Source of the DNA: Candidatus Bathyarchaeota archaeon
GTDB lineage: Archaea > Thermoproteota > Bathyarchaeia > Bathyarchaeales > Bathycorpusculaceae
DNA: 64,000 bases
Reading direction: 5' to 3'
NCBI GenBank assembly: GCA_963777155.1
Contig: CAVZPM010000009.1
Location: forward strand, 64,001 to 128,000
The notes beneath the pieces were generated by a model. It was not told the DNA's origin, ran no database searches, and saw nothing but the letters and a program-made list of their open reading frames with translations. A program made the translations under genes and the position numbers. How positions within the stretch are numbered: the stretch's first letter is position 1; every line of letters starts with the position of its first letter. This document shows positions 39,741 through 49,646 of the stretch, one piece after another.

Positions 39741-41065
39741 TTTTTATCAATTCCTCTTCCTAACCCATAGTATTTGAAGCCTTCTGCCTCAATTTTTTTT
39801 GGATCATAGATACCCGTTAAATCAATAATAGCTGAGGGTGTTTTCATTAGGGGTTTTAGTTTCTTTAGGATAATATTCTTGAACTGATCTTGCCCTGTCA
39901 ATATGACTATGCAGTCGGCACCTTCAACTGCCTCATTCAAACTGGGTTTTACCACGCTCCATTCCTGTGATAGCGTTTTTAAATCGGGGTCGTAAAGTGT
40001 AGGTTTGGCGCCCTTCTGTTCTAGCATTTTAACAAAGACCCCTGTAGCTGTTGTCGGGTTAGCAGTTCCTAAAATGGCGACTCTTGCCCTCCGCAAAGGT
40101 TTGCCACTGTTTCGCAGAGCATCCTGGGTCAAATTAACCGCATGTTTCACCATATCCTCATTAATTTGCCTAGCCAACGATGGAAGTCTAAGCTTGACAT
40201 TCAAGTTTTCAGCGCAGTCAAGGAGCAAGTAAGCTTCATTTCTGTTTTCTTCTTCTGCAGTTGACGGCAAAAAACTTGGTTCGTTGATACCGAGGCATTT
40301 TATTGCTTTAAAGTAGTCAATTTTTGCGTTTTCGCAAAAAATCGCCAGTTCGTTGGCTAATGCTCTATTTGCATCCTGCTTTGCAGCAGCAAAAAGAGCT
40401 GCTGTCTCTGCGGATTTTATATCGTCGATTTCTTTTACTTTTTTTGTTATTGTTCTTAAGAGAGTTGATGACACGGTTAAGCTTGTTTGGTCTGTGGCTG
40501 CAACCTTTAGCTCTGTATCTACGACTGATGCTTCCGTGGTGAGGATAGGGTTGTATGCCAAACCGAAATCTGTTCCTGCCTTGAGTCCTGAAGTGTTCTC
40601 CAATGTTTCTTTCACTGTGTCCTCGGTAAAACCGATGCCCGCGACGCCGGAGTAAATGACTAACGCGCCTTTTTGTAGACCTGCCCCAACTTGCTTGCAT
40701 GCGCTGACTATTTGGGAGAAATCGGTTTTTTTCTGTTTGTCAACCTTTGCCCCAATGGCAATGAGAACAACATCGCTTTGGGAAACGGCTTTATTACGTT
40801 CAGAACTGACGCTTATTTTCCCAGAGGTGATGTAGCTTTTAAGTTTAGCTTCAACTTGAGATGAGGAACTCCCCGTTCTTCCTTTTGAAACCTTCTTTAT
40901 TACTGTTGGATCCGCATCCGTGCAGATGACTCTATAGCCTGCTTCAGCAAAAGCGTTGCCGTAAAAAATTCCCTTATGTCCGCAACCAATAACACTCACC
41001 GTATATTTTGCGCGTTTCTCGTTGGTGTCTACCTCTTCGGGTTTTAAGTTTAGAATAGGGGACAT
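39737..41065 (-). CDS. UDP-glucose/GDP-mannose (WecC-like) dehydrogenase homolog with degenerate catalytic motifs
   Basis: overall WecC layout (SGLKAGTDFGLAYNP, ALANELA, ARQINEDM, YDP, EAVEGADCIVILT); GCGHKG replaces GxGYVG and no GGxC motif is present. Confidence 0.75.
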   Translation of the reverse strand: MSPILNLKPEEVDTNEKRAKYTVSVIGCGHKGIFYGNAFAEAGYRVICTDADPTVIKKVSKGRTGSSSSQVEAKLKSYITSGKISVSSERNKAVSQSDVVLIAIGAKVDKQKKTDFSQIVSACKQVGAGLQKGALVIYSGVAGIGFTEDTVKETLENTSGLKAGTDFGLAYNPILTTEASVVDTELKVAATDQTSLTVSSTLLRTITKKVKEIDDIKSAETAALFAAAKQDANRALANELAIFCENAKIDYFKAIKCLGINEPSFLPSTAEEENRNEAYLLLDCAENLNVKLRLPSLARQINEDMVKHAVNLTQDALRNSGKPLRRARVAILGTANPTTATGVFVKMLEQKGAKPTLYDPDLKTLSQEWSVVKPSLNEAVEGADCIVILTGQDQFKNIILKKLKPLMKTPSAIIDLTGIYDPKKIEAEGFKYYGLGRGIDKN

Positions 41066-41096
41066 AGGCTTCTCTTCCCAACAAGGATTGGGGTTG

Positions 41097-42467
41097 CTAT
41101 ATGGTTTGGAGGATTTTCTTAAGCCTTGCGCTGTAGTCATCAACTAGTTGTAATGCTTTTTGCTGATTTTTTGCTTCAGCATACAACCGGAAGACTGGTT
41201 CAGTCCCACTTGGACGAATCAGGATGGCGCTAGCGTCGCTAAACCAAATTTTAACTCCATCGATGGTACTGACGTTTTCGCTCTTAACCTGCTCGTAGAT
41301 TTTCTGTTGTAGAATCGCTTTTTTATTATCTGGGCACTCGATTTTTCCTTTCTCGATAAAGTACTGCGGTTGCTCTGCAACGAGTTGAGCAAGAGACTTT
41401 CCGGTATCTGCCATGATGTTTAGCAGAAGCGCTGTTGTCATAGCTCCGTCGCGGACTGCTTGATGGGGGCGATAGAATATTCCGCCATTTTCTTCGCCGC
41501 CCAAATCGGCATTCTCTGCTTTCATGGTCTGCGAAACAGTTACACTACCGACTTTGGTCCAGATTAGTTTGCCTTTGTAGGTTTCTACAGTGTCTTTGAT
41601 TAGGGTGGATGAGCTGACAGGTGTTACAATTTTTGTACCCGGGTTCTTGAGAAGATATTGCTTAATCACTACCGCGAATGTTTTGTCGCCCCAGTAAATC
41701 GTGCCATTGGAGTCGGTGAAAATAGACCGATCAGCGTCTCCATCGAAAGCGACACCCATGTCACCCCCAATGGCTTTAACAGTTGCTGATAAGTCGCCGA
41801 GGCTTTCGGGGCGGGGTTCAGGAAGCCTTCCTGGGAATGTGCCGTCAATATTTGCGTTTATGGTTGTGACTTTGCAGCCGATTTCCCTTAAAAGTATGGG
41901 TAGAGCTATTCCTCCGACGCTATTCGCGGCGTCGACTACTACATGGAAATGTTTGGCTGCTATTTTTTCGGTGTCAACGTGTTTTTTTATGGCGTCTTTG
42001 TATTCATCGTTGATTCCTTGCAGCTTACGTTTCGCACCCAATTTATCCCACGGAGCATAAACGATTTCGTTGTCAAAGTAAATGTCCTCTATCTCTGTTT
42101 CTTGTTCATGTGATGTTTCAATACCGTCGCTCCAAATCACTTTAATGCCGTTGTATTCTGGCGGGTTATGAGATGCCGAGATTATTACGCCTCCGTCCAT
42201 CTTGTGATTCTTAGTTGCAAACTGAATAGCTGGAGTCGATGCCATACCCGCGAAATACACGTTGCAGCCTGCCGCATTTATCCCGGAGATTACAGCTCTC
42301 GCGAACATAGGACCGCTGGTTCGGGCATCATAACCCAGAAGCACATTTTTGTTTTTTCCAAAAAAAGTTCCTATGCATGCTCCAACTTTGATGGCCATTT
42401 CGGGAGTTAATTCTACATTAACGAGTCCTCGAATTCCGTTAGTTCCAAAAAGTTTTCTTGTGCTCAT
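41097..42467 (-). CDS. glmM: phosphoglucosamine mutase / phosphohexomutase
   Basis: LFGTNGIRG, ISASHNP, FDGDADR, GGEENGG, IRPSGTEP. Confidence 0.92.
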   Translation of the reverse strand: MSTRKLFGTNGIRGLVNVELTPEMAIKVGACIGTFFGKNKNVLLGYDARTSGPMFARAVISGINAAGCNVYFAGMASTPAIQFATKNHKMDGGVIISASHNPPEYNGIKVIWSDGIETSHEQETEIEDIYFDNEIVYAPWDKLGAKRKLQGINDEYKDAIKKHVDTEKIAAKHFHVVVDAANSVGGIALPILLREIGCKVTTINANIDGTFPGRLPEPRPESLGDLSATVKAIGGDMGVAFDGDADRSIFTDSNGTIYWGDKTFAVVIKQYLLKNPGTKIVTPVSSSTLIKDTVETYKGKLIWTKVGSVTVSQTMKAENADLGGEENGGIFYRPHQAVRDGAMTTALLLNIMADTGKSLAQLVAEQPQYFIEKGKIECPDNKKAILQQKIYEQVKSENVSTIDGVKIWFSDASAILIRPSGTEPVFRLYAEAKNQQKALQLVDDYSARLKKILQTI

Positions 42468-42510
42468 GTCAAAGTCAACTCAGTACCTATTTAACAAAAC
42501 AGTCTAGGTT

Positions 42511-43581
42511 TTAAAACGTTTCAGTGACTTCTTTTGCAGGACACACCACTTGGTCATTATGCATGTGAACGCTGTCTTTGACTTTAGCAAGGTCGCCTAC
42601 AACGCAGCCTTTGGGAAGTTTTACACCTTTGCCTATTTTTGCTGCTTCACCTACGATGGCTCCGTTGAGGATGGCTCCGTCGGCTATGTGGGCTTCCGCA
42701 AAGATAACTGAATTGGAGATTTGTACGTTTGCACCGACTTTGACGTTTTTACCTATGATTGCATATGGACCAATTATTGATTTCTCTCCCACTATTACTC
42801 CGGTGTCTATTGCAACGGGGCTCTTAACGAATGGTCCATGGCTCACTTGCTTAGTGTCTTTTGCTAATGAATCAAGGACTATTTTGTTTGCCTCTAAGTA
42901 TTCCTGGGGTTTGCCAATATCTATCCATAGGCCATCGATGCAGTGACCGCTTAACTTACCCTCCTCTGCCAGCTTGGGAAACACTTCTCGCTCGATAGAA
43001 ACTGCTCTTCCCTCAGGAATGTATGCGAAGACTTCGGGGCTAAGAATGTATACCCCCGCGTTTATGAGGTTGCTTGGTGCATGGCCTCTGGCTGGTTTCT
43101 CAACGAACCGTCTGATGCTGCTGCCTTGGAGTTCAGCTACACCAAAACTACATGGATCCTCAACTTTGCAGAGTGCAATCGTGGCTAACGCCCCAGTTTT
43201 CTTGTGTACCTCAAGGAGTTCTCGGTAGTTTATGTCAGCGTATATGTCCCCGTTCAACATGATAAATGGCCCTTCATGTCCTATCAGTTTCTCCGCTTTC
43301 TTCAGCGGGCCTCCTGTTCCCAGTGGCGTCTTGGGTGGATCTACAGAGAATCGAACTCGAAGACCACATTTTGACGGTTTATGTTGCTGAATATAAAACT
43401 TCGTTATCGCGTTGACTGCGAGGATGGCTTCGTCCACGCCGCTGTCAGCTAAGTGTTCAAAAGTCCACTGCAGAAGAGGCTTGTTTACTAGGGGGAAAAG
43501 AGTCTTTGGTCTAGAACAACTCAGCGGTCGGAGCCTTGTTGCAAAGCCACCTGCTAGAATCAATGCTTTCAGAGAGGTCAC
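42511..43581 (-). CDS. NDP-sugar pyrophosphorylase (mannose-1-phosphate guanylyltransferase-like) with left-handed beta-helix
   Basis: ILAGGFATRLRPL, PLGTGG, NGD, FVEKP, WIDIG, hexapeptide repeats. Confidence 0.9.
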   Translation of the reverse strand: MTSLKALILAGGFATRLRPLSCSRPKTLFPLVNKPLLQWTFEHLADSGVDEAILAVNAITKFYIQQHKPSKCGLRVRFSVDPPKTPLGTGGPLKKAEKLIGHEGPFIMLNGDIYADINYRELLEVHKKTGALATIALCKVEDPCSFGVAELQGSSIRRFVEKPARGHAPSNLINAGVYILSPEVFAYIPEGRAVSIEREVFPKLAEEGKLSGHCIDGLWIDIGKPQEYLEANKIVLDSLAKDTKQVSHGPFVKSPVAIDTGVIVGEKSIIGPYAIIGKNVKVGANVQISNSVIFAEAHIADGAILNGAIVGEAAKIGKGVKLPKGCVVGDLAKVKDSVHMHNDQVVCPAKEVTETF

Positions 43582-43677
43582 CTGGATATGCAGTAACTTA
43601 TTGCCTCTTTTTTATATATAAACAATTATGGACTTGAATTATGGGTAAAGTATGAGCTTAATGGTGTTTCTAGGAAT

Positions 43678-45228
43678 CTATTCCCACTCAATTGTCGCTG
43701 GTGGCTTATGGGTGATATCGTAAACTACGCGTGTAACCTGTGGAATCTCATTTGTTATCCTGGTGGACATCTTTTCTAGGACAGAATAAGGTAGCTTAGC
43801 AAAGCTTGCGGTCATAGCTTCTCGACTTTCCATTGCCCGCACCGCAACAACATAACCATACGCGCGTGCATCGCCTTTAACGCCAGTAGCTTTCGTATTG
43901 GTCACAACCGCAAAGTATTGCCAAAGACTCTCTGAAAGACCATTCTTTTCAATCTCTTCCCGAACAATCTTATCCGCTCTCTTGGCAATGGCGACTTTTT
44001 CGTCAGTTAAAGGTCCAATTATCCGTACTGCTAACCCGGGTCCTGGGAATGGTTGGCGATTAACGATTTCTTGGGGCAAATCCAGCATTCTTGCGACTTT
44101 ACGGACTTCATCTTTGTAGAGGTCACGGAGAGGTTCGAGGATTTTCTTAAATTTTATTTTTTCAGGTAGCCCTGCTACGTTATGATGGCTTTTGATCTTG
44201 TCAGAGTTTTTGCGGAATCCTGACTCGATTCTGTCTGGGTAGATGGTGCCTTGAATTAGGTATTCGGCTCCTGATTCATTGGCGATTTCCTCAAAAACCC
44301 TGATGAATTCTTCACCCATGATTTTGCGTTTAGTTTCAGGTTCTGTGACGCCTCTTAGTTTAGCCATGAAACGTTCTTGAGTGTTGGCGACGATGAAGCG
44401 GATTGGGAATTTTTGGAAGGCTTCTCGAATTTGCTCTGTTTCACCTTCCCGCATAAATCCATGATCAACGTAGACTGCGATTAACTTTTCACCGAGCGCC
44501 TTGGCTGCCAAAGCTGTTGCGACACTGGAGTCTATGCCTCCGCTTAGCCCGATTATAGCTCTGGCACCGTTCGTTTCTGTTTGTAGTTCTTTAACCATTT
44601 TTCCGATGAGGTCTTCCATCTGCCAGTTGGCTTGGCACTTGCAAACTTGGAAGATAAAATTCTGCAACATGCGCATGCCTTTTTCGGTGTGTATGACTTC
44701 AGGATGCCATTGGAGCCCGTAGATGGGCTTGGTTTTATGGCGGAAAGCTGCGACAGGGCAGTTTTCAGTGTGTGCCAAGGCTTCGAACTCAGGTGGGGGA
44801 GCAAAGACTGTGTCGCCGTGGCTCATCCAAACCTGTTCTTTTTCACTTAACCCTTCCAGTACTCCGACAGGTTTGTCGATGGCTACCTGAGCGATGCCGT
44901 ATTCCTTACATGTAGCAGGTTCAACTTTGCTGCCGGTTAGTTGAGCCAAAAGCTGATGGCCATAACATAAACCGAGGATTGGTAGGTCTACCTCTAAGAT
45001 GCGTGGGTGTAGTTTAGGCGCGTTTGGTTCATATACGCTTGAGGGTCCGCCTGAAAATATTAGTCCTTTAACGTTAAATTTTTCGTTCAGAGCCGCTATT
45101 TCTTCGGGGGAAACGTCGTGGGGTACGATTTCCGAGTAAACGCCGTTTTCTCTGATTCTTCTGCCGATGAGGTGGCAGTATTGTCCGCCGAAGTCCAAGA
45201 CGAGGATGGTGTCGTATTTTGCCTGCAT
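43678..45228 (-). CDS. guaA: GMP synthase (glutamine-hydrolysing), fused
   Basis: LDFGGQY, GLCYGHQ, QWHPEV, LSGGIDS, IKSHHNV, KPPATIEWE. Confidence 0.98.
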   Translation of the reverse strand: MQAKYDTILVLDFGGQYCHLIGRRIRENGVYSEIVPHDVSPEEIAALNEKFNVKGLIFSGGPSSVYEPNAPKLHPRILEVDLPILGLCYGHQLLAQLTGSKVEPATCKEYGIAQVAIDKPVGVLEGLSEKEQVWMSHGDTVFAPPPEFEALAHTENCPVAAFRHKTKPIYGLQWHPEVIHTEKGMRMLQNFIFQVCKCQANWQMEDLIGKMVKELQTETNGARAIIGLSGGIDSSVATALAAKALGEKLIAVYVDHGFMREGETEQIREAFQKFPIRFIVANTQERFMAKLRGVTEPETKRKIMGEEFIRVFEEIANESGAEYLIQGTIYPDRIESGFRKNSDKIKSHHNVAGLPEKIKFKKILEPLRDLYKDEVRKVARMLDLPQEIVNRQPFPGPGLAVRIIGPLTDEKVAIAKRADKIVREEIEKNGLSESLWQYFAVVTNTKATGVKGDARAYGYVVAVRAMESREAMTASFAKLPYSVLEKMSTRITNEIPQVTRVVYDITHKPPATIEWE

Positions 45229-45439
45229 TTTTGTGGCTCAGGAACTATTGGGGTTTCGCGTCTAATTTAAGATTGCTATCTTTTTTCGTCAAAAAGCAAT
45301 TTTCGGCTTTTTCTTACGATGTTATTTAATTATCTGTCTTATCATGGATACTAAACTTTTATTAGCTTAATCAACTGATTATCAGAAAGATGTCCCGAAA
45401 AAGCCAGTTTGATTGGAAAAACGTACAGGATAGATAATT

Positions 45440-45883
45440 ATGGAATTAAATGAAACTGATGCAAAAATCCTTAAAGGTCTCTTAGAAGACGCCAGATTCT
45501 CCAGCAGACAAATCGCAAAAAACGTCGGCGTCTCCGTTGGCACAGTCTTATCAAGGATAAAAAAGATGGAAGAAGAAGGACTAATCAAAGGATACTCAGT
45601 TATCTTAAACCATGAAAAACTAGGTTACCAACTAACTGTTGTTACCGAAATCACCGTTTCTAAAGGCAGACTTGTTGACACTGAAAATGAAATAGCTAAA
45701 ATCCCAAACGTTTGCGGAGTCTATGATGTCACAGGCTTAACCGACGCCATAATCATCGCCAAATTCAAGAGTCGAGAAGACCTTGGAGCATTCACCAAAA
45801 AACTGCTCTCCCTCCCATACATAGAACGTACAAACACCCACGTCGTCCTAACCACGGTGAAAGAAAACTTCCGTCTACTCTAA
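45440..45883 (+). CDS. Lrp/AsnC-family transcriptional regulator
   Basis: DAKILKGLLEDAR.S..QIA..VGVS.GTV..RIK HTH; VYDVTG..D RAM domain. Confidence 0.93.
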   Translation: MELNETDAKILKGLLEDARFSSRQIAKNVGVSVGTVLSRIKKMEEEGLIKGYSVILNHEKLGYQLTVVTEITVSKGRLVDTENEIAKIPNVCGVYDVTGLTDAIIIAKFKSREDLGAFTKKLLSLPYIERTNTHVVLTTVKENFRLL

Positions 45884-45900
45884 AGCAAAAGCCAGAAAAA

Positions 45901-46986
45901 TTAAGGCTTAGCTTTTTCTGAGTGATGATTTTCCATCTTATATTTTTGTTCCGGTTGGGCTATGGTAATTTTTGTTCCTGACGCCACAGGGCCAGTTATC
46001 CAGACGTTTCCACCAATGACCACATTATCCCCGATCACAGTCTCCGCCCCGAGTAGGGTTGCACCGGAGTAGATGACGACATTGTTGCCGACTGTTGGGT
46101 GGCGTTTGCGTCCTTTGATGATGTTGCCTTTCTCGTCTTTTGGAAAACTAAGTGCACCCAAGGTTACACCTTGGTAGAGTTTGACATTGTCCCCGATTTC
46201 TGCGGTTTCGCCTATGACGACACCTGTACCGTGATCGATGAAGAAGTTTTTACCGATCTTTGCGCCTGGATGAATGTCGATGCCAGTTAGGGAGTGCATG
46301 TGCTCACTCATAATCCGTGGAATCAGCGGGACACCGCTTAAGTATAGTTCATGTGCTATTCTGTAGGTGGCGATTGCCAGTACGCAGGGGTAGCTCAGAA
46401 TTACTTCTTCAGTGCTGACGGCTGCTGGGTCGCCGCTGTAAGCTGCTTGGATGTCGCCGCTTAGCATTGAGCGTATTTCTGGTAATCTCTCTAGAAACTC
46501 CTTAACTACGACGTGCGCCCGTTTTAGGCATACGTCTTGTGGGCATTCGCTGATCTTTCGGCAGATGTACTTGAGGCTTTTCTCAACCTCGTTGGTGAGC
46601 CGAGTGTAAACCGAAGTTAATTTTGTGCCCAGATGGTATTTGACGTTGGCTTTGGTGATTTCTGATTCACCCAAATAGCCTGGGAAAAGAATCGTGAACA
46701 GGTCTTCTAAGACTTCAGTGACGACTTTTTTGGATGGTAAATCTCTTCCTTCAAGGTGGTCCATGCCGCCAAACTGTTCGTAGCTGCCCATTATATTGTC
46801 TACAAGTTTAGGTAATCCCTTTTCGACCCAATCCTGCTCTACCTTGTCGTTGTTACGCATAAGAGTTTCAAGCATGCGGTCTGGATTCCAGCAATCAAGC
46901 TCCCTGTTCTTTTCTTTGCATTCTTGGCAATCTTTCGGTAGAGGTTGGTTTGGGTTTGTAGGCATGTATCTTCCCTTTTTACTCAA
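45901..46986 (-). CDS. cysE: serine O-acetyltransferase (long EpsC-type)
   Basis: [40 protein letters not shown]. Confidence 0.93.
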   Translation of the reverse strand: MSKKGRYMPTNPNQPLPKDCQECKEKNRELDCWNPDRMLETLMRNNDKVEQDWVEKGLPKLVDNIMGSYEQFGGMDHLEGRDLPSKKVVTEVLEDLFTILFPGYLGESEITKANVKYHLGTKLTSVYTRLTNEVEKSLKYICRKISECPQDVCLKRAHVVVKEFLERLPEIRSMLSGDIQAAYSGDPAAVSTEEVILSYPCVLAIATYRIAHELYLSGVPLIPRIMSEHMHSLTGIDIHPGAKIGKNFFIDHGTGVVIGETAEIGDNVKLYQGVTLGALSFPKDEKGNIIKGRKRHPTVGNNVVIYSGATLLGAETVIGDNVVIGGNVWITGPVASGTKITIAQPEQKYKMENHHSEKAKP

Positions 46987-47038
46987 TATGTGGAAAGGGG
47001 GAATATAAGAAAAGCGTCTTTTGGACGCAGTTTATATG

Positions 47039-47968
47039 TTAGGCTGTTGGCTCTTGGAACAAAACCGTGCTTAGGTAACGTTCGCCTGTGTCTGGAAGGA
47101 TGACGACTATTAGTTTGCCCTTGTTCTCTTTTCTTTTAGCGATTTCTATAGCGGCGTATGCGGCTGCTCCGGACGATATACCAACAAGTAAGCCTTCCTT
47201 CTGGGCAAGTTGTCTTGCGGTTTGCAACGCCTGGTCGTCGGTGACTTTGAAAATTTCGTCCACCAACTCCATCTTTAACACGTCGGGTTTGAAGCCTGCG
47301 CCTATGCCTTGGATTTTATGGGGTCCTTTCTGTCCGCCGCTTAGCACTGGGGATCCTGCTGGTTCGACTGCAACGGTTTTAAACTCGGGTTTTTGCGGCT
47401 TAATGAACTGCGCGATGCCTGTTATGGTTCCGCCTGTGCCCACACCCGCGACAAGAATGTCTACTTTGCCGTCGGTGTCTTCCCAGATTTCTGGTCCGGT
47501 GGTTTCTTTGTGAACTTTGGGGTTGGCGAGGTTTTTGAATTGTTGGGGCATGAAGCTGTTTGGGGTGGCTGCGATGAGTTCTTCAGCTTTTTTGATTGCT
47601 CCGCCCATGCCGTCGGGTCCTGGTGTTAGTACTAGCTGTGCTCCGTAGGCTTTGAGGAGGTTGCGGCGTTCTAAGCTCATGGTTTCAGGCATGGTTAGGA
47701 TGAGTTTGTAACCTTTAACGGCTGCTACCATGGCCAAGCCGATGCCTGTGTTGCCCGAGGTAGGCTCTATCAAGGTGCCGCCGGGTTTGAGGCCTATTTT
47801 TTCTGCTTCTTCAATCATACTCTTGCAGATGCGATCTTTGACGCTGCCACCTGGGTTTCTGGCTTCCATTTTGGCGACTACGGTAGCGTTGGCGCCTTTT
47901 GTCAATTTGTTTATTTGAATGAGGGGTGTTTTTCCGATTGTTTCAAGGACGTTTTTGTTAATTTTCAT
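47039..47968 (-). CDS. cysK: cysteine synthase A (O-acetylserine sulfhydrylase)
   Basis: NPGGSVKDR (PLP lysine), [31 protein letters not shown]. Confidence 0.97.
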   Translation of the reverse strand: MKINKNVLETIGKTPLIQINKLTKGANATVVAKMEARNPGGSVKDRICKSMIEEAEKIGLKPGGTLIEPTSGNTGIGLAMVAAVKGYKLILTMPETMSLERRNLLKAYGAQLVLTPGPDGMGGAIKKAEELIAATPNSFMPQQFKNLANPKVHKETTGPEIWEDTDGKVDILVAGVGTGGTITGIAQFIKPQKPEFKTVAVEPAGSPVLSGGQKGPHKIQGIGAGFKPDVLKMELVDEIFKVTDDQALQTARQLAQKEGLLVGISSGAAAYAAIEIAKRKENKGKLIVVILPDTGERYLSTVLFQEPTA

Positions 47969-47985
47969 TTTAACACCTTATTATT

Positions 47986-47998
47986 ATAACAGTGTTAT
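47986..47998. promoter_or_regulatory. perfect 6-1-6 palindrome ATAACA-G-TGTTAT, candidate operator of cysK-cysE
   Basis: lies between a minus-strand BRE/TATA-like element (aaaagttataat, ~48009-48020) and the cysK ATG. Confidence 0.45.
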
Positions 47999-48136
47999 GG
48001 TCAGCTCTATTATAACTTTTGGCACGACTCACTAGCACTTGTAAATCACTATAACGCATTAAACCTAAAACACTTACGCCCGACACAAAAGTAAAGCCTT
48101 TAAATGAGCCCTGTTCCTATATTTCCGCAACACAGC

Positions 48137-48224
48137 GCGGAGGTCGCCCAGCATGGCCAAAGGCGTAGGACTGAGGCTCCTATCCCGCAGGGGTTCGTGG
48201 GTTCAAATCCCACCCTCCGCACCA
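48137..48224 (+). tRNA. tRNA-Leu (anticodon GAG), intron-less, CCA encoded
   Basis: acceptor GCGGAGG/CCTCCGC, anticodon arm TAGGA-CTGAGGC-TCCTA, long variable arm, T-arm GTGGG-TTCAAAT-CCCAC, discriminator A plus CCA; TATA tttaaat at 48099-48105. Confidence 0.97.
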
Positions 48225-48297
48225 CCTACTCACAAAATTTTTTAAACAGCACAAAAGTAAAATAATTGTTTTTCACACTTGACAATCGGCGACTCGT

Positions 48298-48765
48298 ATG
48301 CCCTTATCTGTTAGGTATCATTTTACTCAATCTTTTGCTGTCTCCGCTCAAGAAGCCTTCGACTGGTGCACAGACTTCGACTCACAAGACAACCTATTGA
48401 TGGGAGATAAGACGGCTGAACGGCAAATTATTCGTCTTGCCGCTGGTACTGTTATTCTCAAAGATACCTTCCATGGGGCTGCAGGGATAATAGAGAAGCA
48501 GAAAATCGTACACATCTACCCTGACCAATGCAAATGGACATCAACACATTTGACAGGTCCAAACAAGCACTCCCAATTTCTCTATCAGATTACGCCACAA
48601 GGTAAGGATACTTCAGTTTTGACTTTTATCGCCCTTCACTTAGAGTATGATGAAAAGACAGATGCTAAATTACTTGCCGAGCGGTTATGCAAAGAAGATG
48701 CTTATGCTTGGAAGCTTTTAACGGCTGCAATGGTTGAAGACAAGAAAAATATTGGCACACTGTAA
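48298..48765 (+). CDS. hypothetical protein, possibly SRPBCC/START-like
   Basis: VSAQEAFDWCTDF N-terminal pattern and C-terminal helix resemble SRPBCC proteins. Confidence 0.55.
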   Translation: MPLSVRYHFTQSFAVSAQEAFDWCTDFDSQDNLLMGDKTAERQIIRLAAGTVILKDTFHGAAGIIEKQKIVHIYPDQCKWTSTHLTGPNKHSQFLYQITPQGKDTSVLTFIALHLEYDEKTDAKLLAERLCKEDAYAWKLLTAAMVEDKKNIGTL

Positions 48766-48989
48766 AAACAGCCTCGACAGGATTAAAGACCAGACCACTA
48801 GCGAAAGGTGTATCCTTCTTTGGGCACTAACAGAAATAATTCTTAAACTGGCTCGTCCTTCAGCCCTTTGAGCCTACATACAAAAAGAGCTAGATTATCC
48901 GAATTATGGAGTAAAGCAATGTTGGTCCTTGGATTTTTCCATGGATTTGATTTTTTCTATAAGTAACGGTTAAAAGCTAATGATGCACA

Positions 48990-49004
48990 GTGATAATTTA
49001 TCAC
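48990..49004. promoter_or_regulatory. perfect 7-1-7 palindrome GTGATAA-T-TTATCAC, candidate operator
   Basis: between a TATA-like gttaaaa (~48969-48975) and the start of the 4Fe-4S gene. Confidence 0.45.
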
Positions 49005-49014
49005 CAAGAAAGGT

Positions 49015-49632
49015 TTGGTAACGATGTCTGCTCAAACTCAACAGAGAAAATTCATTTCGGTTGACCCAGGCAAATGCATTGGATGCGGAATCTGCGAGTA
49101 CGCTTGCACTGTAGAAAAAGGTGAAAACACTTGGAATCCAATCCGCTCCAGAATCAGAGTAGTTCGCATGGCACCAGTACTCAACTTTGCATTATCTTGC
49201 AGAGGATGCAAAGATGCAAAATGTGTAAAAGCATGTCCGGAACGGGCGCTCTCCCAAGCAGAAGATACAGGTCTACTATTAGTTGATGAAAATAAATGCA
49301 AAGGTTGCGATTGGTGTGTTCAAGCTTGTGATCACGGGGGAATAACTATACACGCCGACACAGGAAAGGCAATCGCATGTGATCTTTGTAAAGGTGAACC
49401 ACAATGCCTTGCGTCTTGCCCCGAAGAGGCATTGGCGATAGTGAGTTCAGATGAGGAAGCAGAAAAACGTTTTAACGACGCACTAGCGGTTTTGTCACAA
49501 CAAATTGAGAAAATAACTGTCAGCATTAAAAATAAGGATTGGAAACCATTTCTGGCTATTGCAGAAAAACGTTCAGGCGTAATAACAGAAAAACTCGAAG
49601 CTTTGAACAAGAAAGTAAAAGCAAAGAAATAG
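49015..49632 (+). CDS. 4Fe-4S dicluster (HydN/DmsB-like) electron-transfer protein with C-terminal helical extension
   Basis: CIGCGICEYAC, CRGC....CVKACP, CKGCDWCVQAC, CDLC.GEPQC..SCP. Confidence 0.92.
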   Translation: MVTMSAQTQQRKFISVDPGKCIGCGICEYACTVEKGENTWNPIRSRIRVVRMAPVLNFALSCRGCKDAKCVKACPERALSQAEDTGLLLVDENKCKGCDWCVQACDHGGITIHADTGKAIACDLCKGEPQCLASCPEEALAIVSSDEEAEKRFNDALAVLSQQIEKITVSIKNKDWKPFLAIAEKRSGVITEKLEALNKKVKAKK

Positions 49633-49646
49633 TAGCAATACTTTTC

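Noticed and set aside
45390-45437. 15-codon uORF (MSRKSQFDWKNVQDR) ending 2 bp before the Lrp start, as a leader peptide
   Set aside because: No amino-acid enrichment or attenuator structure; ORFs this short arise by chance.
48084-48261. 12-bp direct repeat CACAAAAGTAAA flanking tRNA-Leu as an att site or target-site duplication
   Set aside because: It is AT-rich and in promoter-like positions for the tRNA and the next gene. There is no integrase and no duplicated tRNA 3' end in the window.
48766-48960. Possible further gene scars here and at 20860-21170 and 62625-62800
   Set aside because: The frames I translated gave no recognisable motif; they cannot be supported without BLASTx.
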